Source: Octopus bimaculoides
Lineage: Eukaryota
Direction of reading: 5' to 3'
Assembly: GCF_001194135.2 (NCBI RefSeq)
Contig: NC_068982.1
Span: 58,832,287-58,896,286 of the forward strand
Length of the DNA: 64,000 bases
The position numbers and the translations under genes are program-made. The notes under the pieces were generated by a model. That model was given only the letters and a program-made list of their open reading frames with translations. It was not told the DNA's origin and made no database searches. This document shows, piece by piece, positions 50,386 through 64,000 of the stretch (position 1 is the stretch's first letter; each line of letters starts with the position of its first letter).

Positions 50386-50694
50386 TGGTACTCCGTCGGT
50401 TACGACGACGAGGGTTCCAGTTGATCCGATCGATGGAACAGCCTGCTCGTCAAATTAACGTACAAGTGGTTCAGCACTCCACTGAAACGCGCACTCACAG
50501 AATGTATATTCTCAGAGAGATCCAGCGTGATGCAAAATGCAACAAGGCCGGCCCTCTGAAATACAGGTACAACTCATTTTTGCTAGCCGAGTGGAATGGA
50601 GCAACGTGCCCAACACAACACGCCGCTGGGAATCGAACTCACGACCTTACGATCGTAAGCTGATTACCTTAATCACTGAGCCACGCGCCTTCAC
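50386..50694 (-). mobile_element. Hybrid SINE: B-type head with A-type tail
   Basis: Head GTGAAGGCGCGTGGCTCAGTG...GAGTTCGATTCCC; tail CCTGTATTTCAGAGGGCC...CCGACGGAGTACCA. Confidence 0.8.
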
Positions 50695-51288
50695 TCTTAA
50701 CATCATCAACAATTACAGCAGCGCCGCCGCCGCCACCACCACCATCACCAAAAACTACGACAACACCACCATCGCCATAGCTACCGCCACCACCACCACC
50801 GCCTACAAAGGCATCAACAACACCATTATCAGCATCAGCGCCACCACCTAGAACGCGACTACGACAATCACCTTCAACACCATTTTCAAAGCCATCACAC
50901 CACCTCTACCGACAACTCAAACGCTGTCGCAAACAACAATAACGTTAACAATGCCACCACCATAGAGAAAACCCATCGTGTGGAGTCTTCTACTAGTCGT
51001 TTGACTTACTAGAAAGAGTAGCNNNNNNNNNNNNNNNNNNNNNNNNNNNNNNNNNNNNNNNNNNNNNNNNNNNNNNNNNNNNNNNNNNNNNNNNNNNNNN
51101 NNNNNNNNNNNNNNNNNNNNNNNNNNNNNNNNNNNNNNNNNNNNNNNNNNNNNNNNNNNNNNNNNNNNNNNNNNNNNNNNNNNNNNNNNNNNNNNNNNNN
51201 NNNNNNNNNNNNNNNNNNNNNNNNNNNNNNNNNNNNNNNNNNNNNNNNNNNNNNNNNNNNNNNNNNNNNNNNNNNNNNNNNNNNNNNN

Positions 51289-51541
51289 ACAGGGGATAGT
51301 GGTGAACCCTGCTGTACTCTTCCACCACTCTCACTCTTACTTCCTGTTTCTGTTGTGCCTGTAATTCAAAGAGTCAGCCTTGTCACACTATGTTACACTG
51401 AATATCCCTGAGAACTACGTTAAGGGTACACGTGTCTGTGGAGTGCTCAGCCACTTGCACGTTAATTTCACGAGCAGGCTGTTCCGTTGATCGGATCAAC
51501 TGGAACCCTCGACGTCGTAAGCGACGGAGTGCCAACAACAA
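51289..51541 (+). mobile_element. SINE-A, 3' part after a gap
   Basis: Matches the 3' part of 7755-8142 and ends GTGCCAACAACAA. Confidence 0.9.
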
Positions 51542-51574
51542 TCCCTAGACTATTGCAGGTGTTATTTTCCAAAC

Positions 51575-51754
51575 TCCACGCGATAAGTGAAAATCCGCGA
51601 AGTAGAAACAGTACTGAATTTTTTTATTTTTATTATTTTTATAATTTGTATATATTTATTTTATTATAAATGCAAAACAACACCACGGAGGAATCGCCGT
51701 AAGCTTAAATAATAAATCGCGATAGGTGAACCGCAATATAGCAAGGGATTACTG
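51575..51754 (+). mobile_element. Tigger/pogo-like DNA transposon right end
   Basis: Terminal CGCGATAGGTGAACCGCAATATAGCAAGGGATTACTG resembles a Tigger TIR (CAGTAATCCCT...); subterminal cgcgataagtgaaaatccgcg. Confidence 0.55.
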
Positions 51755-51869
51755 CATATAAAAAAAAAATGAGATAGGATGGCCATTGATGGAACGCCTT
51801 TAATCATAGATCTGCTCGGTCAGATCTGACTTGGAGTTAAGCAACAACAATATTACACATTAACACATT

Positions 51870-52470
51870 CATCACTACTACTACTACCACAAGCACCCCC
51901 ACTACTACTACTACTACCACCACCACCACCACTACAACTACTACCACCACCACCTCCACCACTACTGCTGCTGCTGCGACATACACCGCCACTATACCAA
52001 AACTAGCGTCGTGAGCACTACCAGCACCGCACTTCTGTAGCTACTACCACAGCGACTACATCCCTACCACCACGACAACAATTACAACTACTACTACCAC
52101 CATCACCACTATTATTACTATTACCTTCACCACCATCACTACTATAACCACCACAGCTATTACCCTCGTCATTACTACCATTACCACCACTACTACTAAC
52201 ACCATTACTATAACTACTACCACCACAACCACAACCACCACTATAACTACTACCACCACCACCACTACAACTACTACAACTACCATCACCGCCACCACCA
52301 CCATAACTACTAATACTACTACTATCACCACCACCACCACTTCCCCTGCGACAACCACTACTGCTGCTCCTAATACATCTTCGTTACCACTACACCACCG
52401 ATACCATTAATCCCCCTTCCCAGAACTACCCCCCCCCCACCAGCAACAACACTACAGCACCACCAACGAA
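51870..52470. repeat. (ACT)/(ACC) cryptic trinucleotide repeat
   Basis: Direct reading. Confidence 0.9.
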
Positions 52471-52884
52471 CAACTAAAGTCCTATGTATTTTGTACCATT
52501 CCATCCATCCTACCACTACTCCTCATCTTAGAACGATACCTAACCCCAAGCTCACCGATTCGTTCACCCCCCCCCTTTATTTGTTTCCAATGTCACCCCC
52601 GGAGGTTTCAAACCTCTTCACCACCCACACCCACCTCAGGCCTGCCCTACATCTGATAGTACCGCACCATTGTAGCAATCCTTGCCAAACCCACTTTAGA
52701 TACATGGCGGATCCCGAGAGATCATGTGATAAGCTTTTTATTGTGTTTAAGGATAGTTAGCCATATTGAATTTGAGGTGATCAGTAAGTAATTGAATCTG
52801 TATTCCAATGTAGCATGCCAGCCTCAGATTCCAGCAACACCCCTCTTGAAGATATGTGTGTGATTAAGTATGCACATGTGTTTT

Positions 52885-52933
<49 letters not shown>

Positions 52934-53105
52934 NNNNNNNNNNGAGAGAGAGAGAGAGAGGGAGAGAGGAGAGAGAGAATGCGTGTGTGTGTGTGTGTGT
53001 ATTTATGTATGTTTTGTATGTATGTATGTATGTATGTTTGCATGCATGTGTGTGTATATATGTTTGTGTGTGTATGTGGGAGTGTGTATGCGTGTATGTG
53101 CGTGT

Positions 53106-53168
<63 letters not shown>

Positions 53169-53270
53169 TGCCTGTGCACGTTTTATGCCGAACATGAAAA
53201 ATATCTTCTCCGATAGCTGAGGACATCCTATGTCACTCAATAGGACTAGAATCATAAATCAAGCGTATCT

Positions 53271-53314
<44 letters not shown>

Positions 53315-53805
53315 ACGTGTGCGTGTGTGTGTTTGTGTCCGTATGTATGTATGTATGTGTTTGTGTATGTCTATCTATGTGTATGGAAAGTCTGCTCGGT
53401 TAGTTTTTCATTTAACATGTCGCTTAAAATATACAGTATATTGTGTTTTTGTTTCGCCCAGGTCAACTCCGATTAAGCAAGCCCTGTGTTGAAAGGCATT
53501 CCAGCGATGACTATCCCGTCTACGCTTTATGATGCTGTATCTAGGACCACATCGACCAACTCATCTTTCCATTTTATTTTAAACATTGTAGACTATGATT
53601 GGAAAGGAATTTAACTGTTACTTCTAGCGTGCCAAGCATACAAGTAGAAGATCTTTCGTTAGCTGAAATACATATCTATGCTGTTGTTACCGTATTGGTA
53701 GCTGTTATTGTTAGTATTATTGTAACTGTTGTTTAGCCTCAGTTAATCCAAAGACGGTCTAGCCATGACTCTAATGTAGGTTTTTTTGTTTTTTTTTACA
53801 ATAGG

Positions 53806-53951
53806 CACAGAAGTGATTGTATGGTAAAATGTCTCCTTCTCAATCACATGTTTCCAGGTTCTGTCCTCTTAGGCAAGTGTCTTCTGCTATAGCCCCTCGA
53901 ACTGACCAAAGCCTTGTGAGTGAATTTGGTAGACAGAAACTGAAAGAAGCC

Positions 53952-53982
<31 letters not shown>

Positions 53983-54230
53983 AGCGTATGTGTGAGTGTG
54001 TGTGTGTGTATGTATGTGTGTATGTATGTGTGTTTATCCCTGATCACCGCTTATCAACCGGTGTTCTCGTGTTTACGTACTCGTAACTTAGCGTTTTGAC
54101 AAAAAGCAGACCGATTGCATAAGTACCAGGCTTTAAAAAATAAGAACTGAAGTCGATTCATTCAACTAAATTTCTTCAAGGTGGTGTCCCTACCATGGTC
54201 ACAGTCTAATGACTGAAACAAGTAAGAGAC
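53806..54230 (+). mobile_element. SINE-C, diverged full-length
   Basis: Head, internal (TG)n and 3' AATGACTGAAACAAGTAAGAG. Confidence 0.82.
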
Positions 54231-55028
54231 AAAGGGCAGAGCGTTGGCGTAAACAAATGATCAAACACTTTATTTTGTGAGAAGGGCTTAGTTAAGTCGT
54301 TCGATGTCATTAGATTTCGTAGTAAAAAGTAATCTTTTCTACTCTAGGCACAAGGCCCGAAATTTTTGGGGAGGGGGCCAGTCGATTAGATAATACAAAA
54401 TCTATTCAAATTCAAATATTTAGAAAGTGGAGAAAATTTTTCTCCGTGAATTAATTTATCCTTCGTGTAACACCAGTGTTTCATGTCACAACGTATAACA
54501 TGTAAAGCTGGCAAAGTGTTCTTAAATCCAATTGTCTTAATTAAAGATAGGACCACATTAATTAATATAGTCCTATATAAGCATAAAGAGACAAAATCAT
54601 CACGGTTGGAATCCGGTTATTCATAGTCAGCTCGATGAAAGTTGAGTTGCAGATAGACAATAACAAGCATAAATGTTACTGTCACTGGATGTTATAAATG
54701 GTAAAAGTAAATGAAACATTGTTGAAGTCGAGTCTTTAAAATATATAACAAAATGCCTGAAAGCTTTTTATCTGGTACTCTGTAGATTGCATCCTCCACC
54801 GTTAACAAAATTGAATTTATTAGTTACAGTTTTATTTCGAAAGTGTTGTAGTTTTAGTGATGCCATTTAGAGCGGATAGAGGGTGGAGAAACTCGGCGAA
54901 GCCATGGAAAAGTTTGCTAAAAATGAAAGCGTGTGTGTGTGTATTCTTTTATTCTTTTCCATGTTTCAGTCATTTGGTTGCGGCCGTGTTGGGGCACTGT
55001 ATCTATATTATATGTGTATGTATAAATT

Positions 55029-55213
55029 GGCGCTGGAGTGTGGAGTGGCTGTGTGGTAAGAAGCTTGCTTACCAACCACATTGTTCTGGGTTCAGTCCCA
55101 CTGCATTGCACCTTGGGCAAGTGTGTCTTCTACTATAGCCTCGGGACGACCAAAGCTTTGTGAGTGGATTTGATAGACGGAAACTGAAAGAAGCCCGTCG
55201 TATATATATATAC

Positions 55214-55246
<33 letters not shown>

Positions 55247-55466
55247 TGTATTAGTTTGTGTGTGTGTGTGTGTTTGTCCTCCTACCATCGCTTGACAACC
55301 GATGTTAGTGTGTTTACGTCCCCGTAACTTAGCGGTTTGGCAAATATAATAAGTACTAAGCATCACTTAGCGATATAATAAGTACTAGGCATACAAAGAT
55401 TAAGTCCTGGGGTCGATTTGCTCGACTCAAAGCGGTGCTCCAGCATGGCCGCAGTCAAATGACTGA

Positions 55467-55470
<4 letters not shown>
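55029..55470 (+). mobile_element. SINE-C, full-length
   Basis: GGCGCTGGAGTGTGGAGTGGCTGTGTGG...CAAATGACTGAAACAA; an inverted SINE-C 3' tip sits at about 54945-54998. Confidence 0.9.
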
Positions 55471-55534
<64 letters not shown>

Positions 55535-55662
55535 GTACATGTATATTTACGCGTGAGCACACACACTGTAATATGAAATGGGTGCGAAAACAGAAACGTG
55601 ATTGCGAAACGAATCTCTTTATCATCCGAGCATACTACTCACACGCACGCACGCACACATAC

Positions 55663-55697
<35 letters not shown>

Positions 55698-56344
55698 CTC
55701 ACTTACACTCACACATATACGCACAATGCGAAACTTTTGAAAGTATTACTTAAGTAAGAAATGCAACTGATAAAGTACTAATGAAACCCTGGTGTCGATA
55801 CTAACAACTACCCTTCTTCGTTCAAAATTTTTGACCTAGTGCCTAAAGGGAAAATTGTTATGAATTGATTAGTTAATTAGTAAATTAAGTAATGCGTTTC
55901 AATTGACAGCATGGCCCTCCCAATGTAGAACAATATTTGTTTCAACACACTATTTTACATCAAGAATATTGCAAAATAAATTCTGAAACAAAATAAGAGA
56001 TAATTAACTGCTCGAAAATGGAATCGAAGAAAATGAATGTTGATAATGGCTTACTTGGAGATTCCAGTATGTGGGGATAACTAAACCAAAGACAAATATT
56101 TTATGAAGGACAAATTAATTTACGGTGGAAAAAATTCATCCACCTTTTAAATGTTTGGATTGGAAGAGACTTCGTATTACTTTATTCCACGGAAACTAAT
56201 GTGACATCAAGTTAATAACAAAAATGCTTCAGAAAGATCGCAAAATAAAATACAAGTAGTAATGTTTTTTTTTGTTTTTTTAACTCAAAGAATCAATTAA
56301 CAGATTCTAAATTCTTATAGATTTACATATCCTTAATGGGATCA

Positions 56345-56520
56345 TAAGGCGCTGAGCTGGCAGAACCGTTAGCACGCCGAGCGAAGTGCTCAGCAGTATT
56401 CCTTACGTTCTGAGTTCAAATTCGTCCGAGTTCGACTTCACCTTTTATCCTTTCCGGGTCAATAAAATAAGTGCAATTTGCGCAGTGGGTCGATGTAATC
56501 GACTGAACTACTCCCAGGTA
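56345..56520 (+). mobile_element. SINE-D
   Basis: AAGGCGCTGAGCTGGCAGAACCGTTAGCACGCC...GAGTTCAAATTC. Confidence 0.8.
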
Positions 56521-56568
56521 TGAGTATAAAAACTGCATCCATCTGCCAAGCCACGTCGTGCCAGTGTG

Positions 56569-56942
56569 ATTGTTGGCACTCCGTCGCTTACGATGTCGAG
56601 GGTTCCAGTTGATCCGATCAACGGAACAGCCTGCTCGTGAAATTAATGTGCAAGTGGCTGAGCACTCCACAGACACGTGTATCCTTAACGTAGTTCTCTG
56701 GGATATTCAGTGTGACAAGGCTGACCCTTTGAATTACAGGCACAACAGAAACAGGAAGTAAGAGTGAGAGAAAGTTGTGGTGAAAGATTACAGCAGGGTT
56801 TGCCACCATCCCCTGCCGGAGCCTCGTGGAGCTTTAGGTGTTTTCGCTCAATAAACACTCACAACGCCCGGTCTGGGAATCGAAACCGCGATCCTATGAC
56901 CGCGAGTCCGCTGCTCTAACCACTGGGCCATTGCGCCTCCAC
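56569..56942 (-). mobile_element. SINE-A, full-length, 8-bp TSD
   Basis: CCAGTGTG at 56561-56568 and 56943-56950. Confidence 0.93.
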
Positions 56943-59404
56943 CCAGTGTGGTAGAGAAGGCTCATCAATCCAATATGATTTTAAGCTCAGATTCACGGTT
57001 TCCATATCAGACCGTGGCTGGTGGAAAGAGTCAGGCTTACCAGATTACTAGACACGATAATGATTTGATACGTATTTGAAACCTATCATTAGTATTGCTT
57101 TTCTTGAGCAAATCATAACTGACGATGCCTCAGTTTACCGAGCTCCGGTACGATCTCACATGATGTAACAGTTTAATCCACAAGATTTTTAAAATTATCT
57201 TACAGCTATGAGTTCAATGAAGTTCATATGTCTTTTTCGAAGGTTTATCTTTTTAGCTTGAAAGCAATATCCATCAAGCGTTTAATGTCGAAATGTAAGT
57301 TGTTACAAGGTTTGAGGTCACTTAGACGGAAACAGTTAATCAACGTACACATGACTGAAAATAGTTGTACGAAAAATAACAAAACAAAACAAAAAAAAAA
57401 CAACCCTGATAGAATAGTTGCTCGAAGCAGCAAAAGGATTATAAACAAAATATTCCCAAACTGGAAAATAGATTAAAGATAAAAAAATTACTTCATGTTT
57501 ATTTAAAATAATTTTTCGTTTATTAAAATGGTAATCAATATATAATTTTACGTTACAGGTAACTGTACATTCGTGTAACTGCACACACACGTATATATAT
57601 ATATACAATTGTACGCGTGTATGCGAGTGTGTATGTATCGTGTTTATGTTAACAATATAAAAATCACTGGTATTTAGATTGCTGACATAAAGCTGACACA
57701 CAAACTCATAAAATCCAGAACGAATTTTTACATTTTTATAAAACGGATTATCTAAATAAAATATGAAAGAGTAACCTTATTTAAATATTTTGATATTTAT
57801 TTTAATTATTTTAGTATTCATTATAATTCGATTATTGCTGATTCAAGTAATTGTTTTTGTCAGTAACCTTCGGTAAACTGTATTTCGATCAACTCTTCAT
57901 ATACTGTAGTTAAACACAGCAGCCATTTCATGTAGCTCTTTAATCATAACCATTGTCTAAACCTAATGACAAGGTGACACACTGTACCAACCAATATCTG
58001 GCAGCTAGGCGAACTACAAGACTGTAGAATAAAATCTTATTTAGAAATACATCAACTCACTGTAGTAGTTTATTTAATCTCATGATACATGAACAAGCAG
58101 TCCAATCACTTTATCTACGATGGTGCCTCTATCAACCGAAGACTTATAACGCTCACATTCATTTGCACATAGCGTATGGCTTACCCATCACTTATTTATT
58201 TCTCCATTTAGATATATCTTCGGAATCGATACCATCATTTCTTATACTAATATTCATAAGCAAACCCACTAATCATTGCTGTACTACCATGAAAGCAACA
58301 TTTCTTCTATGAATTCACTAATAAGATTATTGTGTCCTCTTCAAAACTTTTGTTCAATTGACCCAGGTTAACCATGATCGAGTAAATCTACGATCAAATA
58401 AATTCCTGGCCGTAACAACAGTTTCTTATATTTATATATATATAGTAAATCTTTGATCTCCGCCGGTCATTAATGATCACGGATCAAGATCCTAGTTGTC
58501 TGCCTTACTGGAACAGAGTTGTCTGTAACTGAATAATCTGATGCGCGAATGACAGTCTCTGTTACACAAGCTGCACTTGTTGACCGTCCGGTTCTATCCC
58601 TCCGGTACAGGTTGTTTAGTGGGATCCAAGTTTGAGTAATTATGTTATGGAAGACAGGCTGTTGCCCATGCAATGTATATCTCCTCTCCACGTCACTGAT
58701 GGATGCAAAAGTCGTTACAATTTGGCGTCAACTTCGTCGTAGGAGTTGCCAGAATGAGGCTGTAGACAACGACGAACTACTTCAGAAGCTCCGACACGCG
58801 ATTTTTCCTCAGGGTATACCTCTGAAGTCTTTTTCACAGCTAAAAATAGGCCGTGAGGCAGCAGGTATTATTTAAATGTCTTCTTTTAAGGTAGTAGAGA
58901 GTGATTTGAGGGATATTTAGTTTCTATTTCGAGGAGATCAAAACTCTCTCTTAAGCTTGTCCCCCAAACTATTTATTCTGACAACAATTCTGTCTGCTTT
59001 ACTTCAACTAAAACATTTTGTCATTTAGTTTTGTTATTCATCGTTTGGGGAAACAAAAATGTAAAATTCTTTTGAAATCTTTAAAATCTTTGCTTAGTGA
59101 GTTATTTATTTAAAACAGCTCTCTTGACATCACTACCAACCATAACCATAACATCTGTTTTTTGATGCTAACAAGAGATAAACCAGTTTACTTTGCAAGA
59201 TCAGCTCATTCTGGTCTACGTTAAGTCAAATATTTCAGAAGACTGAGACGCATCTGGACAATTTTTCTCTGAATATTATGTAACAATTTGGTTCTGACTT
59301 TTCAAATGTTTTTTTTTGTTATCGTTATTGTTTTTTTGTCTTGTTTCTTTTTCATCGTAGAGACAGTCAAAATAACTGTAATGAAACTTCGCGTAACAGA
59401 GGTG

Positions 59405-59565
59405 CAGGCATAGTTATGTGCTTAGAAATTTTACTGTGGAGCCACGTCAGTCTGCGTACGATTCCATTGTGCAGCACTCGGGGAATGTGGTTTCTGCTTG
59501 TAGCCCAGGGTTGAACAGTGCTTTGTCAGTGGAATTTGAAAGATGGACAGTGTCCAGAAGCATAA
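59405..59565 (+). mobile_element. Old SINE-C-like head
   Basis: Collinear but diverged match to the SINE-C head (gcagcactcggggaatgtgg...gtcagtggaatttg...agaagc). Confidence 0.5.
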
Positions 59566-60144
59566 TGCTTACATATACATGCACTTACATACGTATGTAT
59601 ATATGACTCTGCTGAATTAAACATGTACGGATGAATGGTTGGATGTGGAATACAGGCTTTATGGAATTGGCACCGTGGACGTCACCTTGATGATAGGTAA
59701 CAGTCCAAAATCGTTATTTCAGCTTTATCTACTTATGAGATAAATCATGGCCAACACATTGTACAATGCAATCTGAAGTAAGGTAATTTAGATGATAAAA
59801 ACGTAAGAAACTGCAATAATATTATGAAAGTCTTCTAACAATGAGAACATTCCAGTTACTCCATCCAGATTATAACCGGAGATTTATACATGTAATTACT
59901 GGGTCACTTGATTGCGTAATTACTTGTCTGGGGACCAGTTTCGAGAATTGGTGCTTCACAACACCATAAAGAACATGGTTAATTAGAAAATTACAACTAT
60001 AGGCCGAAATGGTATTGCAAACATATGTAAAGCATTTTAAAAATATGGCATGTAATATATGAATGTATATACGTGTAGATACGTATTCACAAACGTAATC
60101 AAAATATATAAATTCATAATGCAATGATATCCATACTTACATAG

Positions 60145-60177
<33 letters not shown>

Positions 60178-60245
60178 CGTGCATGCATGCATACATACAT
60201 GCATACATACCTACATGCATACATGTACATACATTCATTCATATA

Positions 60246-61530
60246 TCAGGTCATCCCTTAAGTTCTATCCGAATTTTGAATAAAGAAAACAAGTGATTAA
60301 AACTTATATTTAATTGAAATTTAATCATCAATGTACTTTCCCTGATTATCTATGACTTTCTTCCATCTATTTACAAGCATTTAAATCCCATCAATGTAAA
60401 ACTCCTTTGGTTTCAAAGCGAACAACTCTGAAATGTCAGTTTTGGCCTCCTCCTGGCTTGTGAAAGTTATGTCCCCCAAATGATTCTGTAAACTATGAAA
60501 CAAATGGTAGTCTGAAGGAGCAAGGTCAGGAGAATAAGGTGGATGAGTAATTCTTTCCCAACCAAGCTGTTCGATCTTCTGTGATGTGATATTTGCAGTG
60601 TAGTGTCACGCATTGTCCTGATGAAACATCACTCCTTTTCGATTCACTAAAGCTGGTCTTTTTTCCTTCAAAGCTTGGTTCATACGCTCTAATTGCTGAC
60701 AGTAGACTTGAGCATTGATTGCTGCATTAGGTGGTAACAATTCAAAGTGAACTACTCTTTTGCAATGCCACCAGATACGGAGAAGAACCTTTTTCGCATG
60801 AAGTTCCCTTCTCGGTTGTGCTTGAGCCTTTTCCCATTCACCAAGCCACTGTTCACGACATTTAACATTTCGATAGAAGATCCATTTTTTCGTCACCAGT
60901 CATAAGTCTATCTAAAAAGGGTGAAATGAGTTCGCGGGAATGGAGAGAAGAGCAGATATCAACTCGTGATTTGCGGTTGCTTTCGGACAATTCATGAGGT
61001 ACTCATTTTCCAAGTTTAGGAACCTTTCCAAGTTGTTGAAGATGATGAACAGTTGTATGGTTTGAACTAAGCTTTATTGCCAATTCTTCAACTGATAATG
61101 CAGGATGTTCTTCAAGTAATGCCTCAAGGAGCTTATCATCAAACTCAAATGGACATCCTGTTCGATCTTCATATACAAGGCTGAAATCTCCACTTCTGAA
61201 TTTTTCAAAGCATCTTCTGCAAATTCTTTCATTCAAGCATTCTTTCCCCTAAGCTGAGTGTATGTTTCGAGTCGTTTCGGCTGCAGAGTTTCTTTTTTTG
61301 TACTCATAAAGCATTATGTGCCTCAAATGCTCTTTGGATACTTCCATGCTAGAAATGGTTTTGATCAAAGAAATTTTAATTCTATTGTTCTGTAAAATAA
61401 TATTTAATTAGTTTAAATGTACACAAATGCATAGAAATGATTTTAATTCCATTAGACATTCTAAAATACTATTAAGTTTCATTCAGTTTTAAAAAACATA
61501 AAATCGGACAGAACTTATGGGATGACCTGG
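60246..61530 (-). mobile_element. Full-length mariner transposon (1285 bp)
   Basis: TIRs TCAGGTCATCCCTTAAGTTCTATCCGA and (reverse complement) CCAGGTCATCCCATAAGTTCTGTCCGA; TA at 60244-60245 and 61531-61532. Confidence 0.95.
60321..61347 (-). pseudogene. Mariner DD34D transposase pseudogene (about 341 codons)
   Basis: MEVSKEHLRH...K*VPHEL...TGDEK/WIFY...HQDNA*H...HPPYSPDLAPSDYHLF...GKYIDD*; 34 residues between the 2nd and 3rd Asp; four premature stops and one +1 frameshift. Confidence 0.93.
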
Positions 61531-61855
61531 TAAATATACATACATTCATATATATATATATANNNNNNNNNNNNNNNNNNNNNNNNNNNNNNNNNNNNNN
61601 NNNNNNNNNNNNNNNNNNNNNNNNNNNNNNNNNNNNNNNNNNNNNNNNNNNNNNNNNNNNNNNNNNNNNNNNNNNNNNNNNNNNNNNNNNNNNNNNNNNN
61701 NNNNNNNNNNNNNNNNNNNNNNNNNNNNNNNNNNNNNNNNNNNNNNNNNNNNNNNNNNNNNNNNNNNNNNNNNNNNNNNNNNNNNNNNNNNNNNNNNNNN
61801 NNNNNNNNNNNNNNNNNNNNNNNNNNNNNNNNNNNNNNNNNNNNNNNNNNNNNNN

Positions 61856-61903
<48 letters not shown>

Positions 61904-62713
61904 GTTTAGTTGTATTAAAGTATTTAAAACACGACATTTCTCAACAAAAGATAGACTAATATATGAAACTGCTTTCCGCAATTAAGGGTTACGAAATTTT
62001 GAGTAGACATGTTTTCGGCAGTATAAAGGTTAAACATAGATTCACATTTTGATATCTCAAATATAACCTTCCAAAAACCTCTTAAGACCTACCCCCTCAC
62101 AAGATCCCTGCTTAAATTATCCAAGATCACTTTCATCAGCAGATTTTACTGGTGTAAACACTCTGCAACCGTCCGTACAGAAGTAAAACTCATTTCCATA
62201 GGCATTCACGGAACATTTACGATAACTAGAAAAAAGTCAGAGAAGTATTGACCCACGTGGAATTGATGTATTTAATGGAACCTACATGGGAAGAGTGACC
62301 TGAAAATGTGACTTTTTAGAATTTTCTGCTAAAGTATTTTGCAATTGCTCCCTAACTTCTAGGATTTCGACTGATTTTAAGTCTCTTATACCAGACAGTT
62401 TCAGAGACTCTACTGAAGACCAGATTTACGAAAAATTACCCTTCATTCCATGAACAGCGACATACCATAACCCAGTAGGTATTAACCATCATTCTAACAA
62501 TAGTAAAAACGAGTAACGGTAGCAACCGTGACAACGCCAAAATGAAAACACGCGAAAAACTCGAACTGAATACAATGGTAAACATCTGTCCAATTACAAC
62601 GAAAGTTAGAACGGGAACAGCAAGAACAACAATAACAACGGCAACATAACAATACTAACAATAACCACGACAACACTGAAAGAATGCAAAAAGAAAATCC
62701 CAAATAACTTTGT

Positions 62714-63120
62714 TATAGGTTTCAAATTTTGGCACAAGACCATCAAGTTCGGGAGAGGAACGAAGTCGATTACATCGACCTCAGTGCACAACTGGTACAT
62801 ATTTTATCGATCCCGAAAAGATAAAAGGCAAAGTTGATCACGGTGGTATTTGAGCTCAGAACATAAAGACGAAGTACCGCTAAGCACTATGCCCGGCATG
62901 CTAACGATTCTGCCAGCTCGCCGCTTTAAATAACTTTATTATATAAATCACCATGTTTACAATTATTCTTTATAGGTACAAAAATCTTTTGAGATTGAAC
63001 AGTAGATTATATCGACCAGAATAGCAGAAAAGCGTTTGTTTTATCGATCCCGGAAGGATGAATGGTGATGTCAACCTTGGTAGGATTTGAAGGATTTTGC
63101 CCGACGCCTTAACGATTCTG
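62714..63120 (-). mobile_element. Two tandem SINE-D copies
   Basis: 62714-62927 is well conserved; about 62965-63120 is degenerate. Confidence 0.8.
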
Positions 63121-63614
63121 TCAATAAACAAAGCTACGCAGTTTACAACAACAACAACATCAACAACACTCGCACTAACCAATGTGGTATTCTCTATGTG
63201 GTCGTGCAAGTTGTTAAAAACAGCAACCGAAGAAATCTTAAATTACTCATTCTACCTTCATAAAGAGGAAGGACACATTAGATAATACAGTCCTAGATAT
63301 ACTTTAAAAAAATGGTAGTCATGGCTGGAATGCCTTTTGCCAGAACTGACTCAGGGCTAAACAAAAGTACTAGTTTGTACTACGATTTTGATAATTGTTA
63401 TAGCTCTATGCAGTAGTGAATGGGCATAGACACTCGCTCGATTCTCCCAGTCACTCACTTTCATCCAGAGGAACATTTTTAGCTGAATAGAATGGAGCAT
63501 CGTAAAATGGAATGTACTGTTCGAACACATAATGCACCTCCCCGCATCGTCCAGGAATCGAAACTACAACCATACAATCATGAGCTCAGCAACATAGCCA
63601 CTAGGCCACGGTAT

Positions 63615-63954
63615 GGGTAAAAGACCCCCTTCGGTCATGAATGACCATAGGTTTGCATCTAGAAAGTTACCCTCCGAGGAACGAGTCCGAGCAAGTTTGT
63701 TTATGGAAGACCAACAGTTGCCCATGCATACCAGCCTCACCTCTCCACGCCACTGATGTCCAAGAGAAATCAAAGGTTGATACAGCATGGCATCAGTGAC
63801 ATCGCAGCACATTTCTACAGCTGAGTGAACTGGAGCAACATGAAATAAAGTGTTTTTGCTCAAGAACACTACACACAGCCCGGTCCGGGAAATTGAACTC
63901 ACTACCTCACGATTGTGAGGCCGACACTCTGACCACTGAGCCACGCGTCTTCAC
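63615..63954 (-). mobile_element. SINE-B, full-length
   Basis: Head GTGAAGACGCGTGGCTCAGTGG...GAGTTCAATTTCC; 3' ...GAAGGGGGTCTTTTACCC; abuts an older B-type head at about 63475-63610. Confidence 0.88.
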
Positions 63955-64000
63955 TTTCATAACAGTAGCATTACTAAAAATAACATTATCATTAGCAATA

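Noticed and set aside
58470-58875. Two opposed short ORFs in CpG-richer sequence
   Set aside because: The centre (about 58640-58700) is a SINE-B fragment; the flanks show no recognisable domain.

Overview
AT-rich animal genomic DNA with about 16 N-gaps (roughly 4.5 kb) next to microsatellites. The repeat families resemble those I associate with Octopus genomes; this is an inference from recall, not a database match. I can support no host protein-coding gene, and nearly all listed ORFs are microsatellite or N-gap artefacts. The window is a mosaic of five components. (1) At least four tRNA-derived SINE families (labelled A-D here) plus head/tail-swapped hybrids. (2) Fragments of restriction-like-endonuclease (RLE) non-LTR retrotransposons: three R4/Dong-like and two HERO-like. 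(3) A full-length but dead DD34D mariner, a deleted second mariner, two copies of a TTAA piggyBac MITE, a Tigger-like end and other foldback MITEs. (4) Penelope-like pLTR pieces with minimal type I hammerhead ribozyme (HHR) motifs. (5) Abundant simple repeats. The most interesting signal is three unrelated, ORF-less, head-to-head inverted pairs of HHR-bearing units, one with a tRNA (Pol III) head. Also notable are a 22-bp pre-miRNA-like hairpin and a solitary CCA-ending tRNA-like gene with a T-run terminator.
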